Positions 23,501 through 32,797 of a stretch of 64,000 bases of DNA are shown in pieces. Source of the DNA: Cyanophora paradoxa CCMP329 (lineage: Eukaryota; Plantae; Glaucophyta); assembly GCA_004431415.1 (NCBI GenBank), contig QPMI01000563.1:1-64000 (forward strand), read 5' to 3'. The first letter of the stretch is position 1, and each line of letters starts with the position of its first letter. A model generated the notes under the pieces. The model did no database searches. It had not been told where the DNA came from and saw nothing but the letters and a program-made list of their open reading frames with translations. The position numbers were made by a program, and so were the translations under genes.

Positions 23501-24828
23501 CAAAGCCCAACGACGACCTCCCTCCGGGCTCGGAGCAAGTTGTTGCGGTATGGGATCACCAACCAGGGGTGACGTCGCACCCCTGGAGGCTGTGCAACAC
23601 GCACAAGTACGCCCAGCTCGAACCCCGTCTCGCAGCGGAGACATCGTCGGGGGGAGGCCCCCTCGTTGTGGTCATTGAGTGGCCGCGGGATGACCCCATC
23701 ATCATCGGGGCCGCCATTAAACAGGGGGACGAGGTTGTCCAATATATGACGCCATACATATTTCAGCCAGTCAAACAGGATGACGGTGGCAGGAAACGGG
23801 GCAAGCGTGAAGTCGTCCCGTCGCCGTCGATGACACATTTCTAGACGCTGTCCGAACCTGCAGCACTCCCACGCGGTATGCAATGCCCCATTCACGTCAC
23901 AAAATATTCAGATAATGTCTGCAGGTTGAACGTCGCAGAAGGAGCCGCAGAGGATGCCCGCCGCAACTCTCGAGACCCATTCTGAGGCGAGCATAACTTT
24001 TCAACGCTTACACAACGCTTTTCCAGCGCTAACGTTGATATTGCGTTGCCGTGTTTCAAATGCAGAACGGACAAAAAGCTGTATGTCCAGCCGTCTCCGG
24101 AAGACGGCGGCGGTGTTGTGTGCGTGCAACGGCATATTTTGTGGGCATTGCGTTATTACTTACACGTCTTGGCAGAGATGTGAACCACGCGTTGAGGCCT
24201 CACCCGATTTTGTGGCACCTGGGTGGGGGCCGCATTTCCAAGAAGGCCCTCGCAGATGAGGTGGCAACGCACATCTGGAACGGACGGAAACAGATCGTGA
24301 AAACAGTTCTCAAGCTGCGATGGCCGCCGCATTTCGATCTCGAGCCACGAACGCGTCTCGTGGTTCGCGGCAGGAGGAGTACGGAGAGAGAACACACCAT
24401 CCTCGTGCCATTCGACCAGTCCAAGACAGCATACGGACAGGCACCCGGGCGCGTCCTGCACTTCGACACATCCACGGTTTACTACGTGCAGTACGCTCAG
24501 GTAGAGCTCGATTGGGATGCCGAGTACGAACTCTTCCTAGCCCTGCAGGTAACTACGCAATTCCAATGCATGCGTTGCGTTTCCGCTGCTCACGTGTTGG
24601 ATGCAGCACGAGGAGACGGACGCCGAGGGCGAGATGACTTTTGCACTTCGGAATGGCCCCGCGGTCACTGTAGGAAAGGTGGAGGATCGCAGGACCTTCC
24701 GCCGTTCTATCTCGTACCGGCCACACCCGCGGCCGCTGCGTGGCGAAATATCGGACTTCAACGAGGGAACAGTGGAGGGCAAGGACAACTGGTGGCACAA
24801 GTGGGACATCTTCATGCTCAAGAAGTAG
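20519..24828 (+). CDS. Large spliced orphan gene inside the transposon (acidic tract, K/E/A-rich coil, beta-rich C-terminal region)
   Basis: MAPKKAKWPSK... start; exons join in frame across GT-AG/GC-AG introns (GWPT/SNSTDGG...KPFLR/TEKPLSL, PILR/TDKKLYV, FLALQ/HEETD) and end WWHKWDIFMLKK*; some junctions at 21.3-22.2 kb unresolved; no family recognised. Confidence 0.7.
22455..22975 (+). repeat. Triplicated intron-plus-exon unit encoding K/E/A-rich repeats
   Basis: Three homologous introns gtgcagt...(t/c)taat...cgcag starting at ~22455, 22632 and 22823, each followed by a KEAEAKSKEK/KEAEKKAKEK/KAAEKKLKEK exon. Confidence 0.8.
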
Positions 24829-25181
24829 ATTCTGTTGAAGTAGAAGTAGATTAATGTGCAGAAAGTAGCCATTGTGCAACTGCTTCAGCTTGTGTTCTCT
24901 GCACAATTTACAAGTCTTACTTTACAAGTCGTACTTGTGGTACTGATGGGGATGAAAGTTGAAGTGTGGGCAGGCTGGACGTGCTCACAGTGAAGTGGAT
25001 ACTGCTTAGTCGAGTGGGATGGAAATTCAAAGGATTTGGCCGCTCGAACTCGAAGGATGAGTTTAGTAGGTAACTCAGTGACTAGATCTGTAGTCACAAG
25101 TACTAGACAAGTACTCGAGAAGCTCTGAAGCAATTTGTAGTATTCTAGAGTTCTCAGATTTGTACTACAATCATGCGTCCA

Positions 25182-25370
25182 ACGATCATGAGTCATGAGG
25201 CTAACTAGTCGGGTTCTAAAGTTGAACTACGATCATGAGTCATGAAGCTTAGTAGTCCGGTTCTAAAGTCGAACTACGATCATGAGTCATGAAGCTTAGT
25301 AGTCCGGTTCTAATGTCGAACTACGATTATGAGTCATGAAGCACATTAGTCTGGTTCTTAAAGCGAACTA
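25182..25370. repeat. 47-bp tandem repeat, 4 copies
   Basis: Unit acgatcatgagtcatgaagcttagtagtccggttctaaagtcgaact at 25182, 25229, 25276 and 25323; lies between the 3' ends of the two convergent genes. Confidence 0.92.
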
Positions 25371-25705
25371 CAGCCAGGGTTCTTGAAACGCACGCACACA
25401 AGTAGACTAGCTATAGTCGTGTTCAAGATCTAAAATTGTACTATGACAATGAATGTAGTATCAATAAAGTATAGTAGTAGTAGCAATAAAGTATAAATTA
25501 TAGTACATGATTCCTAAAGAAGAAGAAGAGTATATATGTATAAGACACGCCCCAGCCGAGCGCGCGCTGCATGCAGCCTGGCAGGACACAACGCATTCCC
25601 AACGCATGCGTTGCGTTTCCGTTGCACACCGGTTCCCTCTCTCAGTTCCCTTTCAATTTTCGCATCTCTGTCAGTTCCCTTTCAAGCAAATTTCTGACAA
25701 ACACT

Positions 25706-27503
25706 TCATACACCATGCCTAGTGTTGGCCATATTCTGCTGGAATGTCTGCATCATCATCTGAAAGTGCTGCATCATCTGCTGCATCTGCTGCATCTGCT
25801 GCTCCATGCTGGGTGCCGGGGGCATAACTGGGCGCACAGGGCTCGAGGACATAGCTAGCCTAGACTGAGGGGCTAGTGGGTAACATGGTGCTGCCAAGGC
25901 GGCTTCAAGCTCTGCCTGCGTGTAACTTGGCCCGGAGTTGGGGAGGACAGGCACCCCGTGTGTGTCCCGAGGTGCGGGCCCAACTCGAACTGGCCCACGA
26001 ATGGGAGAGCTGGATCCAGAGGATGGCAGGGTAGAAGAAGAGAAAGACGGCCCCAGAGGGAGTGGGGGACCAATAACGGGAACCGCCCCTGGGACTGGGC
26101 CAAGACCCCTCGCAATTGGGGCTGACCCAACAGGGGGCAGCACCACCCCAGGTGCATAGTGCGGCCAGGCGCATCAATTTTAACACGCGGCCAGGCGCAT
26201 CAATAACAACATCTCACCATGCGGGGGCAGGGGCCCCATGCCTTGGGCATCTCAAAGAAGTCGACAATTGCCCGATCCCAGAAACCAATCACCTTGATTG
26301 GATGGAGGATCCCGTCGGGCTGCCTCCTCTTGTTCTTGAGCTTGCAGACTGGACTGCAGCCCCATCCCCACGACCGCAGGTGAGTCTTAGTCACGATTGG
26401 TTTGTCGGTGGACAGAAAACTCACCAAATCTTGACGTAGATGCGGACCAGGTAGCGAGGAATCGCGTACCTTTGCTTCGCATTGTTGTATACACCGGTGC
26501 CACCTTTGTGCCCGCTCTCAAGGTGTTCGCGCTGCGCACGATCATGACCGCGTCACAAACAGTGCAATGCAGTGGACATAAAAATTAAAATGTATTCTGT
26601 TCAACGCATGGTCAACGCATGTGTTGAGAATGTCCAACGCTAGCAACCCAACGCTTGCGTTGAAGATGCGTTGCGCGTGCGCAGAGAATTGCGTTGTACC
26701 GCGATCGCACCTGGATGCAGATGAAAATGTCCTCGTCACACACCAGCTCCCTGCCCAGTGGGGGGCGTCGCCCGAATTTCCTCGCTTCAAGCGGTTGTCA
26801 ACCTGCTTCTCCACCACCAGCCGAAGCTTGCGCCTTGGCCGCGGGTTGGGCATGGCGAGCTCCTCCGCTGTCAGGTTGTCTGTCGGATCTGGAACCTCGC
26901 GCAGCGTGTACTTCCCCTCATGAACTCGCGCCAATTCTTCACCCGCTTCACATGCTCTGGGCTGCCGCTGGGCTCGGGCGCGTCCGGGTTTTCGAGGATG
27001 TACTTAACGTGTTCGATGTCGGCGCGAGATAGCAGCACCGCTCCGGGCTTCACACGCTGTATAGCGGCTCGATATTCTTCGAAAGTTACGCGCTGCACTG
27101 ATGCTGCTGGGACCGGTTCAGCGCCTCGGGATTCGGCGAACATCCGCTGGACTCGGTGGCGAAATTCGGTGGTGTCGATGCGCTTGCCGGCTGCTGCGGC
27201 CGAGCCCTTCTTTTGTTGTTGCTGCCTCGAGCTCGAGCTCGAAGCCGCTGCCTCTGCTGGCTGTGATTCTGAAGCTGCTGCGCCATCTGCGCCCACAGCT
27301 GCAGGTGCTGGTGGCTGCTTCCGAGGGCGCCCGCGCGGCCGCGGCGGTTCACTAGTATTTGGCCGCTTTCGATTACGCGGCTTACTGCTCGAACTCGCCG
27401 CCTGTCCGCTCGAGGTGGACGGCGCCTGCTGGCCGCTCGATGGTGCTGACTGCTGTTGGTTGCTCGATTGCGATGACGATGCCGCTGCTGCGTTGCTGGG
27501 CAT
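25706..27503 (-). pseudogene. Ginger-type (retroviral-like) integrase/transposase with most of the catalytic core missing
   Basis: Spliced ELVCDEDIFICIQ/REHLESGHKGGTGVYNNAKQRYAIPRYLVRIYVKIC/PVCKLK...LHPIKVIGFWDRAIVDFFEM gives the H-x4-H...C-x2-C zinc domain plus the first core Asp; AT-hook PRGRPRK near the N-terminus; no second D or E region before the Pro/Gln-rich tail; two 1-bp homopolymer frameshifts at ~26915 and ~26762. Confidence 0.85.
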
Positions 27504-27789
27504 GTCGATGCGAATGTTAGGAAACAGAGTCTTGCACAGGAAGTTATTGCCGCAGAGCCCGGACAGATTCTCTGCGGGTGGACACCTGCATTCGAACTTG
27601 TTGGGAAGGTCTCTGACATCTGGATGCTCCCACCACCTCATTGCTGATGTGCCTAGGGCCGCGCCTTCGGGCTCGGTGCGCGCGCGCGGCTCCCCGACCG
27701 CTTCCCGCCAGTGCGGTCCTATACCGGTAGCCCGGCGGTAGGCTATAATGATAGGCGATTTCGATCGCGACAGCTAGCCTAGCAGTACT

Positions 27790-27898
27790 CCCCAACGCAA
27801 AGCTCCGGCTGCGCTGGCCGGCGCCTTTTTTTCTGCGATGGCTCAAAAGCGTGCGCCATAAAAATAAGATGGCGCGCCATTTTATTTGGCGCACTACA
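27790..27898 (-). repeat. Right terminal inverted repeat
   Basis: Reverse complement of 20295-20402. Confidence 0.95.
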
Positions 27899-28094
27899 AT
27901 GATGCGCGGCCCCATTTGCTTCGAGGCGGGGTACAATGCGCTCAGCAAGTAGCGTGTCCTTCTAGGCTGGGAAGATTCGAAGCTGTGGGGCCCGGCCGAC
28001 GGCCGTCCAGCGACTCGGCTTTCCGCAAAAGCTGGCGCAGAGTCACTGCTGACCCCGACAAAAGCTTAAGGGGAGCACAGCCGTTGACGTTCTC

Positions 28095-31000
28095 ATGGCG
28101 CATGTCTACCGCCTTCTTGCGTCAGAGCGGGCATTGCCGTGCGCTGACGCTTTTTGTTGACGGCGTCGCTGTGTCTCACCGCATCCGGCCGCCTCGTAGG
28201 ATGGACGGCTGGGGGCTCATCGCGCCTCCCCAGGTCCGACGTCGGCAGAGCGGCCTCGCATGCGGACGCACAAGCTCATTCTCATTCGCACAGAACGCCG
28301 TCTTCGAGAAGCTGGAGGCGAGGGAGGCCGCGCGAGGGCCCGCCCCAGCGCTCGTCTTCGACACAGCCGTCCACCAGCTGCACTGGTGCGCCGGCCGGCC
28401 GCGCTGCGCCCAAGGCGGCTCCTTTCATCTCTCGCTGATCTCCGCCTTTGCCGCGGCAGGCTCCGCTTCCCGGATGCGGCTGCGCTGGCCGGCACGGGCG
28501 TCCTGCTCACGGCGAACAAGCTGGGCCCGCCCAGCATCGCCGTCCAGGTGCGGCGCGCCGCTGCCGCGTCCTCCCGCGCAGCGCTCAGCGCCGCGGCGGC
28601 AGTCTTCCGAGTGGACGGTGTACCTGGTGGTCGGCGCGGATGGCACCGTCGGCCCCTTCAGGTGCCCTGCACCCCCCTCCCCCCCCGGATTTCGCTGACA
28701 GGGCCGCGCCGCGGCAGCTTCTCGGAGGCCGCTCAGGCGCGTCCTCCGCCCGTGCCCCGCGCGGTGTCTCCTGACGGCGCCGGCGCGCGGGGGCAGGATG
28801 CGGAGCAGGCGGTGGAGCTGCTCGCGAGGCGGGCGGACACCGGCGCGCCGCTCACGGACGCTCGCATCGTCTTCGTCCCGCGGGGCGAGCTCGAGGCGGT
28901 GAAGGCGGAGGTGGAGGCCTCGCCGCTGAACTCGCAGCCGTCACCGGTGGCGTTCTCGCCCCCCGGCGCTCTCCTCTCCGACGCCTCCTCCCCCGCCTCG
29001 GTCGACTCGATCGCGAACGATCGCGACTCGAGCATCCGCTCCTTCGCTTCCCCTCTGCTCCCCTCGTTTTCCTCCGACGAGAGCTGCGATGCCTCCCCGG
29101 TCTCCCGGCCGGCCTGGCCCAGCAAGCAGACGGCGGCAGACCCCGCCGCACCTCTCGAGCACGCCGCCCGAGTTGCCGAGCGGCGCGCTGCCGACCGTTC
29201 TGTTCTCGGTCAGCCACCCGCCCGCCGCTCGCTCACACGCCACGCTGACACCAATAACCAGCATTCTGTGACCCCGCGGTCATCTCGGGCCTCGAGTCGC
29301 TCGTGATCGGCGCGCGGGACGGCGGGGCGGCGGGGGCGGGGGCGGGGGAAGGGGAGCGGCCGGCGCGGCGGGTGCGGCGGGTGGTGCCGGGCCTGGAGGA
29401 GAGCGAGAGCCTCCTCCGGCGCATCGACGCCGCCGCGGACGGCAGCGCCGGCGACGTCGACGACGCCCCGGCGCCGCCGCCGCCGCCCGCGCTGCTCGCC
29501 GCCGCCGAGGCCGGCCCGACGCGGCTCTGGCGGGGCGGCGGGAGCAGGACTTCGTCTTCGAGAGCGACGCGGCGCGGGCGGCGTTCGAGGAGCGCGCCGG
29601 CGCCGCGCTGCGGGCGCTCGCCGCGGCGCCCTCGCCCGACACCGCCGCCGCCTTCCTCCGCGCCTTCGGTGCGCCCGCCACGCCGCCGACGCCGGGACGG
29701 GGCCCGACCGCCGCCGCTGACCCGCGCGCGCGCGCAGCGTCGGGGCCGGCGCTGGACTCGCGGTTCGTGTCGGCGCCGTCGGGGCAGCGCGACCTGCGGC
29801 GGGCGGCGCTGCTGCTGCGGGCCGCGGCGCGCTCGGTCGCCCGGAGCAGAGCGCGCTCGGCGGCCTTGTGAGCTCCGCTGTCAACGGGTGCGGCGACCCC
29901 GTGCTGGCCCGCGCTCCCGCCGACGCCCTCCGCGCCCCTCCGCAGGATCATGTTCTTCTCGCGCTTCGCGCCGTACGGGACCCGCCGCTCCCGCCCTCGC
30001 GGGCGGTCCGACGCGGGCGGGGGCAGGGAGAAGCTGGTGGCGGCGTGCGAGCGGAGCTGGGAGCTGGCGGACGCGGTGACGCCGCCGACGACGGGCGTGG
30101 CGCTGGACCTGGCGCTCGTGCCCGTGCCGCAGCTCGTGCAGCTCGCGCGCCTCGCCGCCGCCTTCCTCGAGCCCCTCAGCGAGGAGAGCCCGGGCCCTAC
30201 GCCGAGGCCCGCCCCGCCCCGCCCCGCCCCGCCCGCCCGCCCGGCGCCCCTCACCCGAGGCAGGCCCTCTCCTTCCTCGGCCTCCGCCTGCTCCAGAACC
30301 TCGAGGCGCCCCCCCCCCCGCGCCCTCCGCCGGCCCCCGCGCTCACGGCGCGCCGCAGGACGAGGAGGCGTGCAGGGTGCTCTACTCGGCGTGGGAGCTC
30401 GTCAAGAGGCGCGGCCTCTCGCCGTGCAGGGCCGAGTGCCGGGCGATCCGCTGCATCGCCATGAGCCTCGCGCGCCGCAACCAGAACGAGAAAGCGGGCG
30501 AGATCGCCAAGGCGCTCTACTGGTGCGGGGGGCCCCTGGGGAGCGCCGGGGCGCGGGGCGCGTGGCGAGGGCGGCGCAGGTTCGACCAGACGGGCCCCCT
30601 CTCGACCCGGGACTGGCGCCTCAAAGCCGGCTCCATGGAAGTCATCAGTGCGCGCCCCGCCGCCGGCCCCGCCCCGCCTCCTCGGCTCACCTCCTCGCTC
30701 GCCCCAGTGCGGATCGCGCTGAACGTGCGGGACTGGGCGACCGTGCAGCGCGAGTACGGCCACTTCGAGCACCTCGTCGAGGACCAGATGGACCCCGTTC
30801 GACCCCGCCCCGGCCCCGGGGCCCACGCCCCCGCCCGCCACCCTTACCCGCCCCCAGGACGACCCCGACCGCGACAACTACCACTTCTACTTCACGGTGC
30901 CCGCCCCGCCGCCGCCGCGGCTGCGTGGCGGTCTCGAGCGGGGCGGGGGAACGGGCAGGCGAACAAGGGCGTGCTGGCGCTCCACACCGGCCGCTTCCTC

Positions 31001-31632
31001 GACTTCATCGGGCACTACCGGCGGACGCTGCGGGTGATCCGGGAGGGGGCCGAGCTGCTCTTCGCGAGCCCCCTCCTCGACGTGCGCAACGCCTTCAGGG
31101 CGACCCCCTTCTCGCCCCGCGTCCTCGTCTCCGCCTTCCGCCTCGTCTGCCTCATCCAGCGCACCCTCGACTGGCGGTCCCCGCCCCCGCGCCCCGCGCC
31201 CCGTCCCTCCCCTCACCCCCGCCCTGCCCGCAGCGGCGCCACCCCCGTCCTCGCGCACTTCCTCTACACGCTGGGCAACGAGTACCGCCGCCTCGGGGAC
31301 GCGCGGCGCGCCGCCTCGACGCTCCGCGAGGCCCTCAAGGTGCCCCCGCCCCCGGCCCCCGGCCCGCCCCGGCCCCGCCCGACGCTCGGGCGGCCGCCGT
31401 GCAGGAGTACGGGCGCTTCCCGGGGACCTTCCCGGGGGACCACCCGCGCGTCCTCGCCGCCCGCGCCGCCCTCGCCGCCTGCTCGGCCCCCCCCTCCCCC
31501 GCCTCCTCGCCCGCCCTCTCCCCCGCCTCGGAGGTCCCTTCCTCGCCGGGGAAGACGAAGGGGGCCGGGGGCAGCCCCGCGGGGCCCCTCTCCCGCTTTT
31601 TCTCCTCCCTGCTCCGGCCCCGGGCCCCCTAA
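28095..31632 (+). CDS. Multi-exon TPR-like protein (paralog A'), inverted copy of 10650-14555
   Basis: Near-identical to the reverse complement of A over most of 28296-31485, including introns; several 1-bp indels in GC runs (sequencing error or decay); ends ...PLSRFFSSLLRPRAP*. Confidence 0.72.
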
Positions 31633-32797
31633 CTAATAACTCCCGAGTCCAGCTTTCAGCCCGGCGAGCTCCTGAAGGCCCGGCTTCATTTCCTATTTCC
31701 GATTTCGTGAACACCCAACAGACAGACTGTGCTGGGGGGAGCCCCCGTTGAGTAGTGTTTTTTCAGGTAATCAAAGAACGTCAACAGATAGTTGTCTAGC
31801 TTCGTTTCATTTGTACAAACCAACACATGTAGTGTAAGTAGAGCGAAACCAACACGTGTACTGCAAGTAGAGCGAGTTTGGTCCGTTGTCGGACCTCGGG
31901 AGTTCAAAGAGTGCAACTGACTTTGTGGTATAGGTATTTCGAAACAGTGTCGCTCGCTGCCACAGTGCAACTGTTGCTCTTGGGCTTCCGGCAGTGACTG
32001 TGCGTTGAAAGCTTAAGTGGCTACTAGGCTATAGCCCGAATTTTCTCGGATTAACATCAGTTAATCGGCCGCATTTATTTAGTACCTATTCACAGTGACT
32101 GTACGTTAAGTGCGATTAGTTTCGCTTTATCACACTATTAATACTTTGTGATGCATGAGTCACTGAGTGCTGTGAGCATCTGAGGGCGGCAGCGCAGAGA
32201 GAGGGAGGAATTCGAAACTTGAAGCTTTAATTAACAGACAGCTCGAGAGCTCGCGACAGCATGCCCTTTCGAATTTCGCCGGGCCGGAGACTGCCCGGAG
32301 TCCGACAGTCCTATCGATATCAGCCGAAATCACGAATTTTTTCGAATATGTTGCAATTGAATCATTGACTCAGTGAATCATGGATCCTTGAATCTTGCAG
32401 CCCGCCCCGGAGCTGCCATGCTGGCAGGCAGTGGCAGCTCGAGACTCGGCCCACTTGCAAATTCGTTGCAATTGCAAGACTCGGTCAATGATCAATCAAA
32501 ATGATGAATCATAGCATCGATATCATTAAATTTTGCAGCCTGCAGCTGGCAGGCAGTGGCAGCTAGTAGTGCCAGCTACTAGTACCTACTACTACCTGCC
32601 AGCTAGACTCCGGCTGCTAGAGTCCGATTACTAGTGCAACTTGCTGGCAATTCCAAGTTCATTGCAAGTTCAAAAATTAAACTCGGTGGAGAGCTAGTAC
32701 TCCGGTATCTGTGATTCAATTTCAAGTTTAAAGCGAGTTGATTAGTTCACCGTCAGCGCTGCAGCGAAGCGACGTCGACGCGGAGTGCGGGCGGGGA

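Larger units (their letters stand above)
20295..27898. mobile_element. Ginger2/TDD-like DNA transposon, 7604 bp, two convergent genes, probably non-autonomous
   Basis: TGTAGT...ACTACA termini; ~108-bp TIRs with 1 mismatch and 1 indel; exact 5-bp TSD ATGAT at 20290-20294 and 27899-27903; encodes an HHCC integrase fragment. Confidence 0.9.

Noticed and set aside
25182-25370. CRISPR-like array
   Set aside because: Units are contiguous 47-bp tandem copies with no unique spacers, there are no cas genes, and the context is eukaryotic
26755-26920. Programmed frameshifting in the integrase
   Set aside because: Both shifts are single-base losses in G/C homopolymers, as also seen in paralog A'; sequencing error or decay is more parsimonious
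20295-27898. Polinton/virophage, LTR retrotransposon or Fanzor-carrying element
   Set aside because: Repeats are inverted rather than direct; termini are TGT with a 5-bp TSD rather than AG with 6 bp; no polB, packaging ATPase, RT or RuvC motifs recognised
10650-31632. Giant transposon whose TIRs are the two inverted gene copies
   Set aside because: Similarity ends inside coding sequence, is patchy, and has no TSD; paralogy with conversion explains it better
31640-32160. Mobile element or gene in the AT-rich block after A'
   Set aside because: No terminal repeats or recognisable protein motif found by eye
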